A stretch of DNA of 64,000 bases. Source: Piromyces finnis finn. Lineage: Eukaryota; Fungi; Neocallimastigomycota. The notes beneath the pieces were generated by a model. It saw only the letters and a list, made by a program, of their open reading frames with translations. It did not search any database and had not been told where the DNA came from. Of this stretch, positions 26,043 to 37,429 are shown in pieces. Numbering within the stretch: position 1 is the first letter of the stretch; each line of letters starts with the position of its first letter. Both the position numbers and the translations under genes were made by a program. The DNA is taken from contig MCFH01000015.1 in NCBI GenBank assembly GCA_002104945.1, forward strand, positions 124,001 to 188,000. Direction: 5' to 3'.

Positions 26043-29000
26043 ATGGTTTTCAAAAAGAGTAAAAAGGAATATCCAATTCCAGATGAACCTCAACCATCTC
26101 CATATACTAAAGCTAATTTATTTTCAAAAATAACGTATTCATGGGAACAACCACTTTTTAAAGTTGGTTATCATAGACCATTAGAAAAGAATGATTTATA
26201 TTTATTACCACCAAAGTTAACAGAAGAATATAATGAAGAACAATTTTATAGTAGATGGGATAAAACAGAAGCAAAAAAAGGAAAAGGAAAAGCTAGTGTA
26301 TTAAATACTATTATAAAAGTATATGGTGTTAAATGGGCATCTTCCGGTATTTTAAAATTAATATCAGATGCTTGTAATACTGTATCTCCAATATTTTTAG
26401 AATTATTATTAGATCATTTATCGAATAAGGATTCTAAAGCTGATGAAGCCTATAAAGGTTATTTGTATATTGCTTGCATGTTTGCTCTTCAAATTATTTC
26501 AACCTTAATTTCCAATTATTATACAAATATTATGATGGAAGTTGGTGTTTCAATTCGTGCAACTGTCATAGGCATTATATACAGAAAAACTTTAAAACTT
26601 TCAAATAAAGCAAGACAAACAATTGGCGATGGAAAAATTATTAATTTGGTATCTTCAGATTCTGCAAGACTTCGTCGTCTTACAGGTAGTATTCATTATT
26701 TATGGAGTGCTCCTATCCAATTAATTGCCATTCTTTTCCTCTTAATTCGTTCCTTAGGAGTTTGGTCATTAATCGGTTTTACTGTTTTTGTTGCAGTAGT
26801 TCCGCTTCAAGGTGTAATTATGAAATATTTAATGAAATTTAGAAGACAAACAGCTATTTTTGTTGATAATCGTGTAAAGAAAACTCAAGAAGTTATTGGC
26901 AGTATGAGAGTCATAAAATTTTTCGGTTGGGAACAAAGTTTCTTAAATATTTTACAAGAACTTCGTAAAAAAGAAATTAATCGTAGTAAAAAAGGAATTA
27001 TTCTTGGCTCCTTTACTCATGCTATTTTTGGTTCTATTCCATTCGTTTCAAGTGCTTTAACATTTATTGCTTATTCTGCTGCCGGTAATAAATTAACTGC
27101 AGCAAAGGTTTTTTCTTCTCTTGCATACTTTAATATGCTTCGTGCTCCATTGGCTATTTTACCAGGTACTATTAATCAATTAGCTGATGCTTCTGTTTCT
27201 ATAAAGCGTATATCCACTCTTTTAAATGCTATGGAATTAGATGATTTACCAGAAGTTGATCCAAATAATGAATATGCAGTTTCTATTAAAGATGGTCAAT
27301 TTAATTGGGAAGTTGTCAAACAAGATGATGTAGATAATAAGAAAGGTAAAAAAGGAAAAAAGAATCAAAAGGATAAAAAGATTAAAAAGAATGACAAGGA
27401 TAGTATTAATAGCTCTAACACCTTCACCAATAATAATAACAACACAACTGGTGATATTGTAGATGAGATTAAAAAGAAAAATAATGATGATACTAGTAGT
27501 ACCAGTTCAAGTGAAGTAATGGAATCCTTCCGTTTACATGATATTAATATAAAAATCAAAAAAAATTCCTTAACTGCTATTGTTGGTACTGTTGGAAGTG
27601 GTAAATCTTCTTTAATTAATGCTATTATTGGTGAAATGAAACGTGAGAAAGGTAAGATTATTCATGGTGGTACTATCAGTTACTGTTCACAACAAGCTTG
27701 GATTCAAAATGCTACTGTTAGAGATAACATCTTATTCGGTAAGGAATACAATGAAGAACTCTACCGTAAAGTTATTGAATATTGTGCTCTTACTCATGAT
27801 CTTGAAATTTTCCCAGATGGTGATATGACAGAAATTGGTGAACGTGGTATTAATTTATCTGGTGGTCAAAAACAAAGAATTAATTTGGCAAGAGCTGTCT
27901 ATTTCAATAGTGATATCATTTTAATGGATGATCCATTATCAGCAGTAGATGCTCATGTTAGTCGTGCTCTTTTTGATAATTGTATTCTTGGAGCTTTATC
28001 CAATAAGACACGTGTTTTAGTTACACACCAACTTCATGTTTTACCAAAGGTTGATTACATCATTGTTATGAATAATGGTCGTATTGAAGAACAAGGTGAA
28101 TATGAAGAATTAATGCAAAAAGAAGGAGAGTTTGCTAGATTAATGCATATTTATGGTGGTATTAATGATAGTGAAGACGATATTACCGATAAATCTAGTG
28201 ATGATGATGACAAGAACGAAAATAATAAAGAAATAGAAATTGAAGAAATTCCAATGGAAAAGGCAACATTTAATGGTATAAATAAGAAACAAGGAAAAGC
28301 TTTAATGACGAAAGAAGAAAGAGCCACAGGTTCTGTTGATATTAAGGTGTATAAAGATTATTTAAAAGCAGCTGGAGGTATTACCATTGGTATTTTAATT
28401 TTAATTGCGGTTATTGTACTTCAAATTTCCAAATTTGGTAATGATATTTGGTTAGTTTACTGGACAGATGATACCTTTAAGTGGGCCACTATTTCTTATA
28501 TTATTGTATATATGATTTGGAACATTTCTCAAATTATCATGAATTTATTCTATTCTGTATTTATGTCTTTCAATGGTTTTAGAGCTTCCAAAAAAATTCA
28601 TAGAGATGCCATTAGTCGTGTTATCATGGCTCCAATTTCCTTTTTCGATACAACTCCTTTAGGAAGAATTATCAATAGATTCTCAAAAGACCAAGATTCT
28701 CTTGATGGTATGCTATTTATGGCTATTCAAGGTTTTATTTCCAGTATTGCATCAACCATTACCACCATCATTTTTATGATTTATGCTGCACCAATCTTTG
28801 GTATCGCTCTCGTTCCCTTATTAATTCTTTACTATTTTGTACAAAAATATTATATTAGTACTAGTCGTGAAATTAAGAGGTTAGAATCTCTTTCTGTATC
28901 TCCTCTTTTTGCTAATTTCACCGAATCCTTACAAGGTTTACCAATTATTCGTGCTTATAGTGAGCAAAATCGTTTTATAAAGCATAATCAACATTTAATT

Positions 29001-30137
29001 GATGACAACAATCGTCCATTCCATTTACAAGTTACTGCTCAAAGATGGTTAGGTGTTCGATTAGAATGTATTGGTGCTTTTCTTGTATTATTTGACGGTA
29101 TTGCCGGATTATTTTTAAAAGATAAGCTTTCAGCATCTCTTTTAGGTTTAAGTTTGTCCTATGCATTACAAGTTACTGGAAGTCTTAATGGTATTATTCG
29201 ATCATTAAATGATCTTGAAATTAATATGAATTCTGCTGAACGTCTATTATACTATGCCAATGAAATTGAAGTTGAAAATCAAAAAGGCTTAGATGCTCCA
29301 AAAGACTGGCCAAAACAAGGTAAAATTGAAATTAAGGATCTTACCATGAAATATGCTCCACACCTTCCACCAGTATTACATCATGTCAATTTAAATGTAA
29401 ATGCTAATGAAAAAGTTGGTGTTGTTGGTCGTACCGGTGCTGGTAAATCTAGTATTGTCATGACATTATTTAGATTAGTAGAACCAGAAGTTGGTTCATC
29501 TATTAAGATTGATGATATGTCCATTATGGATCTTAAGTTGAGTGATTTACGTAAGAAGATTTCTATTATTCCTCAAGATCCAATTCTTTTCTCTGGTACC
29601 ATCCGTTTCAACATGGATCCATTTAATGAACATACAGATGAAGAAATATGGGAAGCTCTTGAAAATGCTGGTTTAAAACCAACCATTAGTGAATTAGAAA
29701 ATAAATTAGAATCTGACGTTCGTGCTAACGGAGAAAACTTTAGTGTTGGTCAGAGACAATTATTATGTCTTGCTCGTGCTATGATTAGAAATAGTCCAAT
29801 TTTAATTATGGATGAAGCTACAGCTTCAGTTGATATTGAAACGGATGCCATTATTCAAAAAGCCTTGAGAACCAAATTCAGTAATGTTACTGTTTTAACG
29901 ATTGCTCACCGTCTTAATACCATTATTGATTATGATAAAATTTTAGTTTTAAGTAAAGGAGAAGTTTTAGAATTTGATTCACCAAAGAATTTACTTTTTG
30001 AAACTAATGAGAATGGAGAATTAGTACCATGTACATCCACCGAATTTTCCAAATTAGTTGATGAAACAGGACCAGTTAATGCTGCTATGTTACGTCAAAT
30101 AGCATTAGAAAAAGAAACGAGCACTCATCAATCATAA
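26043..30137 (+). CDS. ABCC/MRP-type (YOR1-like) ABC transporter, 1364 aa, intronless tandem paralog
   Basis: Same architecture and motifs as 19763-23800. Confidence 0.95.
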   Translation: MVFKKSKKEYPIPDEPQPSPYTKANLFSKITYSWEQPLFKVGYHRPLEKNDLYLLPPKLTEEYNEEQFYSRWDKTEAKKGKGKASVLNTIIKVYGVKWASSGILKLISDACNTVSPIFLELLLDHLSNKDSKADEAYKGYLYIACMFALQIISTLISNYYTNIMMEVGVSIRATVIGIIYRKTLKLSNKARQTIGDGKIINLVSSDSARLRRLTGSIHYLWSAPIQLIAILFLLIRSLGVWSLIGFTVFVAVVPLQGVIMKYLMKFRRQTAIFVDNRVKKTQEVIGSMRVIKFFGWEQSFLNILQELRKKEINRSKKGIILGSFTHAIFGSIPFVSSALTFIAYSAAGNKLTAAKVFSSLAYFNMLRAPLAILPGTINQLADASVSIKRISTLLNAMELDDLPEVDPNNEYAVSIKDGQFNWEVVKQDDVDNKKGKKGKKNQKDKKIKKNDKDSINSSNTFTNNNNNTTGDIVDEIKKKNNDDTSSTSSSEVMESFRLHDINIKIKKNSLTAIVGTVGSGKSSLINAIIGEMKREKGKIIHGGTISYCSQQAWIQNATVRDNILFGKEYNEELYRKVIEYCALTHDLEIFPDGDMTEIGERGINLSGGQKQRINLARAVYFNSDIILMDDPLSAVDAHVSRALFDNCILGALSNKTRVLVTHQLHVLPKVDYIIVMNNGRIEEQGEYEELMQKEGEFARLMHIYGGINDSEDDITDKSSDDDDKNENNKEIEIEEIPMEKATFNGINKKQGKALMTKEERATGSVDIKVYKDYLKAAGGITIGILILIAVIVLQISKFGNDIWLVYWTDDTFKWATISYIIVYMIWNISQIIMNLFYSVFMSFNGFRASKKIHRDAISRVIMAPISFFDTTPLGRIINRFSKDQDSLDGMLFMAIQGFISSIASTITTIIFMIYAAPIFGIALVPLLILYYFVQKYYISTSREIKRLESLSVSPLFANFTESLQGLPIIRAYSEQNRFIKHNQHLIDDNNRPFHLQVTAQRWLGVRLECIGAFLVLFDGIAGLFLKDKLSASLLGLSLSYALQVTGSLNGIIRSLNDLEINMNSAERLLYYANEIEVENQKGLDAPKDWPKQGKIEIKDLTMKYAPHLPPVLHHVNLNVNANEKVGVVGRTGAGKSSIVMTLFRLVEPEVGSSIKIDDMSIMDLKLSDLRKKISIIPQDPILFSGTIRFNMDPFNEHTDEEIWEALENAGLKPTISELENKLESDVRANGENFSVGQRQLLCLARAMIRNSPILIMDEATASVDIETDAIIQKALRTKFSNVTVLTIAHRLNTIIDYDKILVLSKGEVLEFDSPKNLLFETNENGELVPCTSTEFSKLVDETGPVNAAMLRQIALEKETSTHQS

Positions 30138-31568
30138 ATTTATAAAAGTAAGAAAACAAAAACAAACAAACAAACAAAAACAAACATAAAATCCAATTTT
30201 TGCAAAAAAAAAAAAAAAAAAAAAAAAAATCAATATTAGCAATTAAATACTATCAAAAATTAATTTTTAATAAACAATTTTCAATTAAATTATTACTTAT
30301 TATTTATAATTGTAAAAAATAGAGTTAATTTTATTTATTACCATCGATATATAATATTAAATATTTTTATATACCAAGAGAAAAAAAAAAAAAAAGAAAA
30401 AGTATTTAATATATTATCTTTTAGAAATATTTTTAGTATTAGTAAAAAATGTATATGTATTTTTAAAATTATTGATTTATATTTAAATATCCATATTTGT
30501 TTATATAAAATTATTCAAGTGCAAAAAAAAATTGTATATAATTCATAAAAATATAAATATATAAAATAAAAAAATCATAAACTAACGAATTCAATTTTAA
30601 ATAAAAAAGAAAATTTTTGATTATTAACATACATTCTAATATAGAAAAAAAAAAAAAAATTATTATAATTTATCATTACTGATTCATTCTTTCAATTTTT
30701 AAGTAATTTTTTTTTATGTCATAATTTCACATTTTTTTTTAAGAGTTTTTATTTTAAAGGTGATAAACTTAATTCTGAATACTACTGATTATTATAATTA
30801 TTTTAATGTAAAAAAAATCCATTTCAATTTTTTTTATAAAGTTTTGGAGAAATATTCATGCATAAAAAATAACTATATTTAGGATTGATGTCATTCATTC
30901 TAACGATAGTGTTAATAGAGCTAAAAAAATTTTATTTTTCTCTTTAAATTAGTTTATTAAAGCTCTTAATAACAATTACTAATAATGATGATAATAATAA
31001 AGATGAAAAATATTAATATGAAAATGAAAAAAATTTTTTTTTCATTAACAAGATTTATAGGAAACTCAAATATTCTTATTCTATCTTAAAAAAAAAGAAA
31101 AAATAGTACTTAAATTTACAAGAATAAAGTATAATATTAAGTTTCCGTTATTTTAATTTAATAAAGCCGGGTCTAGGATTGATCAGGAACATATTAGTAT
31201 TTACAAAGATGTGATATGATATTCTAGAATTAAATATTATATTTTTTGATTATTTAAAAAAAAAAAAGACTTTTCATTTATTATCATTTGATAGTGTAAA
31301 AGGATTATTAATATATATGATTGTCTTATATTTCTTACAAAATAAAAATACTTTTCTTGATAGTATATTTTTATACTGTTTAAAAAATTTATTATAGTTT
31401 AGTAAATATTAAATTTAAAATGACTTAAAATATATTAAAACGAATGGTATATGTGATCCACAAATATTATAAAATAGATATAAAAAATATTATAAATATT
31501 ATATAAATAATATTGTTTTAAAAAAATTATTATATATAAATAGTGTGAGTTTCAATTACAAATGCAAG

Positions 31569-31640
<72 letters not shown>

Positions 31641-31650
31641 AAATAAATAA

Positions 31651-31706
<56 letters not shown>

Positions 31707-31720
31707 AAATAAATAAATAA
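31569..31720. repeat. (TAAA)n microsatellite
   Basis: ~150 bp of taaa repeats with two slips. Confidence 0.95.
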
Positions 31721-32111
31721 ATTAAAGTATAATTATTTTTTTAACAATATTTCTTTTTTTTTTTTTTCTTTTTTTTTTAAATAAATTTATTAAATTTTAT
31801 TAATACCTTAAAATTTTAAATAAAAATAAATTATATTTCATAAAAGATAAAATATATTTTATATTTAATTTTATTGAATAGTATTGAATAGTATTGAATA
31901 GCATTGAATATAAAATAAATGGTATTGTTTAAATATTTCAGATGGTTTAGGTGTATAATAAGCTATAATTTTATAATATAAATATGTATGTCAATTTATT
32001 ATAAATTACAAGTAAAAATCAAATAAAATTTTAAAAGAAAAATTTTTTTTAATATAAATATATATTTAATTGAATATCTATTTTTTCTTTCAATGACATT
32101 GAAAAAGCGTA

Positions 32112-32680
32112 TTATAAAAATGAATCATCTATATCAGGAATGCTTGTAGAAAAAGGATAATAATATATTTCATCATTATTATAATCAAGTATAATGCCTT
32201 CTTTATCGGTAATAAGATCTTCCATACTTTTGGCAAGTTCTCTTTGCATATAGCCTGTAGAAGAAGTATTGAGAGAAGTTGAGATAATTCCAGCACGTCC
32301 TGATTTAGAACGTATAAATGGTTCTTTTGCTGTAAATCCTTCGGAACATGAACTTTTAATATAACAACTTTACTGACATTAAAATTTGAATCACATTATT
32401 AATTTTCCCTTTCGAACTAACTATTGACAATGTTGGGTTAAATTGTTATTAATTGATAAATATTCTAATAGTGGATAATTTTTTAAATAATACCTTCTTA
32501 TTTCTTTTATTTCTTTACTGTCTTTGTCTTGAGAAAGAATTGAGAAATATAATTTTGGTAGGGGTTCGACAACATGTTGATCATTCGTCATATTATATAA
32601 GCCAGTAAAGGTATCTTGAATAAATTTAATCATAAGTGATCCATCCTTGAATGAACAAATGTTATTTAAAATTTTAATTA
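32112..32680 (-). pseudogene. Frameshifted fragment of a divergent, compact multisubunit RNA polymerase largest-subunit (beta'/RPB1-like) gene
   Basis: Three frames give NICSFKDGSLMIKFIQDTFTGLYNMT; NPTLSIVSSKGKINNVIQILMSV; CYIKSSCSEGFTAKEPFIRSKSGRAGIISTSLNTSSTGYMQRELAKSMEDL...DDSFL*. These are colinear with RPB1 motifs IVQD, GSKG..NIAQ and GFV.NSY..GLT...GGREGLIDTAVKTA.TGY.QRRL.K..ED. Confidence 0.85.
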
Positions 32681-33438
32681 TTTATAAATTTTAAAAATTT
32701 TTATGGATATTTATATATATAAAAAGTATATAAAAATATATAAAAAGGGATAAATGTATATATTTGTATATTTGTAGCCCTTGAATAATTATTCTATAAT
32801 AGGCAAAATTTAATATACTTTATATTAATGTTAATAAAAACAAAATAAACAAAAACAGTATTATTAAATAATTTATTTCAAAAAAAAAAAAAAAAAATAT
32901 GCTTTTTTTATTTATACTTGAAGCACTCTGTATATTATTTAAATCATAATTATTTTATTATTTTATTATAAAAAGATTATTAAAAGTATTTTAATATATG
33001 TATATTTACAATTGGAATATATATATATAAATATTTAAAATTATTATATAATAAAAAATAAAATAGTATAATACATTTATTTTTTGTATATATTAAATTA
33101 TTATAAGATGTAAAACGTATTATTTTTTTTTTATAAAAAAAAATAAAAAAAATATAAAATAGAATATTATATTATTTAATCACACTGTATATTGTCTAAT
33201 TGAAAAGCAATAATATTAATAATAATAATGATTGTATATTATGATGACGTATACATATTTTGATTTTGTATTCATTTTTATACTTAATCATATTTTTGAC
33301 TAATAGTGAAAATAAAAATAAAAAATTGTAAAAAATTGTTTCGTAGTTATTAAAATTAATAGTTATAAAAATATATGTATTATCGTATTAAAAATATTAT
33401 TAATAATATAAAGTTAGATTAATACTTTTTTTAAAAAA

Positions 33439-36400
33439 TTATTCATTAAGGATGTAATTTAGTTTTGTACGATCATCAGATGCCACTGGAAGACTATTTA
33501 TATCATTCACGATATAGGATGGTTTAGTTAATGCTGTTTGATTTCCATTTATATAAGTCATATTTGTTGTTTGAGTTACCACATAGCTTTGAGTATTGAT
33601 AGACGGATTTTGATTTTGAGCATTCATGTTAATACCAATTGGGGAAACATTATTAGGAATAATATATTGCTGTTGCTGTGGTTGCTGCTGTGGAATAGAA
33701 TTGTTTTGATTTTGCCCTTGTGTAGTATAGGATACAGAAGTATTTACATTATAAATTGGATTTTGATTAGGTTGTTGAGTATATTGATTTTGAGAATATT
33801 GATTTTGTACATTCTGTACATTTTGAACGCTTTGAACATTTTGTACACCTTGGACATTTTGTACATTTTGTACATTTTGAACATTTTGAACATTTTGTAC
33901 ATTTTGAACATTTTGAACATTTTGTACATTATGAACGTTTTGAACATTTTGAACATTTTGAACACCTTGAACATTTTGAACATTTTGAACATTTTGTACA
34001 TTTTGTACATTGGAAGAAGTATATACATATTGTTGTCCTTGTGATGGATTTTGATTTGTTTGATTTGAAGTATAAATTATAGTTTGTTGTGAATTAACTT
34101 GGTTATTATTTAAAGATGTACTATTATTTTGGACATTAGTTGTGGTATACACAATCTGTTGATTTTGAATAGATTGATGAGGTTGCTGAGAAATAGAGTA
34201 TACTTGAAAAGTATTCATTTGTGGTTGTTGAAGTGGTTGAGATTGTTGTTTTGGTTGAACCCGAGTACTTTGATTAGAATAATATGTTTGTGAGGTATTT
34301 CCATAATCTTGAATATAATTTATACCACCGTTTTGTGGTTTTGAATCAACATTTTGAGATTGAGGTGGTGTTGGTTGTTGTTGTACCTGACTAAAGTTAT
34401 TTTGAGAATAAGATACCCAACCTTGGCTTGGTTCTTGAATATTATTATTATTTACCATAGAAGGTGATTGAATTGGTGTAATTTGTTGAGATGGAGTTTG
34501 TGTTATCATTATGGAGGAATATTGACCTTGTTGCTGTTGATTAATGATAGGCTGAGATGGTTGCTGAGGCATGGACTGAACTTGCGTATGTTGATTATAA
34601 TTATTACTATTATTAACAACAAAATTTGATGAAGGCTGTTGTGATGGTTGAGGATTTACTGTTGTTTGACTATTTATCATTGTTGGGGATTGGTTATTTT
34701 GTGAATTTATGATAATTGAATTTTGGTTAGTTTGTAATTGAACTTGTACTGGTTGAGGTGAGATTACATTAGGACTATTTATAATTTGAGGTGGTTGTGG
34801 TGTAGCAGCAGGTGTTGGGATTTGTGATGATATAACTGTGATCGTTTTCGATTGAGCAGATGAATATCCTTCATTAAATACAGGAGGTGAAGGTATAGTT
34901 ATTTGGGTATTATAGTTATTTGGTATATTCTTAATTTGGGTATTTTGTTGTTGAACTTGTTGTGTTGGTGGTGGTGTATTTGTTAAAGATGGATTAGAAG
35001 CATAACTTGGGAACATCTGAATAGTGTTTTGACTCATAGTGGTATAGGTTCCTGGTTGAAGTGCATAAGGAGAGGTAATGGTAGGATTTGGTGATGGATT
35101 GTTACCATTAGGTCTAACATTTATTGAGTTATTTGTGTATTGATTTTGTTGATTTATTTGTTGTTGAATCATTGGGGATTGAGATGGTGGTGTAAGAGGG
35201 GGAACAGTTGAACTATAAGTTTGATTTGAAGTGTTTTGCTTCTCAATTGTTGGACTTGGGGTAGTGATACCTGTATCTTGTGATACGTTTTGTAAATTAT
35301 TTTGTTGAACAGTCATCTGAATATTAGCTATCGGTTGTTGCGTCACAGATGAAGTAAAAATATAAGTATTATTATTTGTATTACCAGAATTAACGGTAGT
35401 AATACTTTGTTTTTGCATTGTCATCGATGGAGAAGGTTGTGGACTATAATTTGTATTATTATTATTACTATTATTATTATTTGATTCATTTATTGTATTT
35501 GAAATTAAATTCACTTTACTTGTATATGGAACAACATTAACTTTTTGGTTCTGATCATAATTTGGAGATTTACTTGATTGATCACTATCAGGAGAAGAAT
35601 TTGTGTTAATATTTTTTTTCCCAGTTTTAGTCTTTTGAATTTTGTTAGGTTGCTTACTTTTATTTACAATTGCTTTTCTTTTTCTCTTTGAAGCTACAGC
35701 AGCCTCAACATCCTTCATAGATATTACACCTTTACTTAACATTTCGTTCCAAACATTAGCAACTAAAGCACTATTTATACTTGTTAATCTATCACCAGCA
35801 CTTTCAAGGACTTTTGACCAAAGCAATTTCATATGTTCAGGTATTTTAGCATGTTGTTTTAAAGTTCTACATAATCTATAAGGTGAAAATAATTTAATAT
35901 TTAATTTAATATTTATTAATATTAATTAATTCAGCAATAAGTTTTTATTAATAATTATATTTTACCTTTCATGCGAAGGTTGATACTTAAAATCTTCTAA
36001 TTGCTTTAATACAGAGGCTATAAATATATTTATTATTATATATTATTAATTATTGCTTAATATTTAAAAATAAAAAAATTATTTACAGGTATTAATAATA
36101 TTTACCAGCATCTAAAAAACGATACACCTCTATTTTTTTATTAATAGGATATTTATTATACAAAAAATATAATTATTTTTATTTATATTAGAATTTGAAA
36201 TTTTTTTATTAATATTTAAGATTGATATCTATTATATACATACGAGCTCTATAATTTTATATAAATAAATAAAAGTCAATAATGTTTTTCTTAATAATAA
36301 TTCAAAATATATAATAAGTTTAATATATTACCTTGATATTTTCCACTTTCTTCTAAAATAATCTTCCAAAGTCGCATCTGTTGCTTTATACAATTTTTTA

Positions 36401-36656
36401 CTACATATGTCATACGCACCCATGACTGTACGTTTAAATTTTTCTTGTTTTTTAATATATTCTTCTCTTTATTATGTTTTATAAATATCATAAAAAGGTG
36501 TTAGTGAAAACAATTTTTTTTTAAATTTATTTTGAAAAACTCATAAAAGAAAAAAAAAACATACTGGTTAACGGTATTAATGGCTTCAGTGGATAGATCC
36601 ATTGAGGATTCTGCTATTTTTAAATTATATGCAATATTTACTTTATCCATTGTCAT
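33439..36656 (-). CDS. Q/N-rich low-complexity protein with ~150-aa conserved N-terminal helical domain; 6 exons (36656-36565, 36466-36332, 36248-36244, 36129-36106, 36017-35966, 35875-33439)
   Basis: All introns are GT-AG and the phases are consistent. The spliced N-terminus reads MTMDKV...KKLYKATDATLEDYFRRKWKISRAQVYRFLDAASVLKQLEDFKYQPSHERLCRTLK... into the 797-aa ORF. Confidence 0.85.
33803..34011 (-). repeat. Coding 9-bp tandem repeat (AATGTT/ACAA; NVQ x ~23)
   Basis: Visible in DNA and in the ORF translation. Confidence 0.95.
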
Positions 36657-37398
36657 TTATTTTATTTATGTTATTTGATTAAAATTAATTTATTTTTTTT
36701 AATAAGTTTATATTAAATTTTTATCATATTATAAAAATATTTATGTATTATCAATTGATATCTAATTTTAACTTTTAATATAAAAACAAGTTGAAGGTCT
36801 TTTTTAAATTTTATTGTATATTAATTTATTTACAATATATATGCAAAAGAAACTTGATAGTAATTACTTTGATATGATTTTTAGCTTTTTTTTCTTTTCT
36901 TTTTGATATATATTTTTTTATTTATAGAAAATATTTATATATTAAAATTAAATATTTTATTATTAAATTAATAATGATAATTATAACAAATTTAATAATA
37001 AAATAAATTGCTTAATAACAATTAATATGCTCTATTATATTAATTAATTTTAATGCAATGGGTTATATATAGATTCTTAATAAAATTAATTTTATATTAT
37101 TTATTAATTATATATATATATTTAATTCATTCAATAAAGTTATAAAGAATGAATTAAGCTATCTTAAAATAAAAAGATTATAATAATATTAATATAATAG
37201 TTATTTTTATTTATCGTATTATAATTATCATATTAATATTATTATTTTAAGTAATTTCAAGGGAGAAAAAATCATATATTTTAAAGCAACGTTGGCTAAA
37301 ACTTTTTTATAAAAATAAAATAGAAAGAAAAAAATAAATCGACTTTAACTATCAATATAATTAAAGTAAAATAATTATTATATATTAAGATTAAAAAG

Positions 37399-37429
<31 letters not shown>

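Noticed and set aside
36291-36491. 66-aa ORF MIFIKHNK...
   Set aside because: Wrong frame over exon 2 of the Q/N gene. The spliced frame gives the conserved domain.
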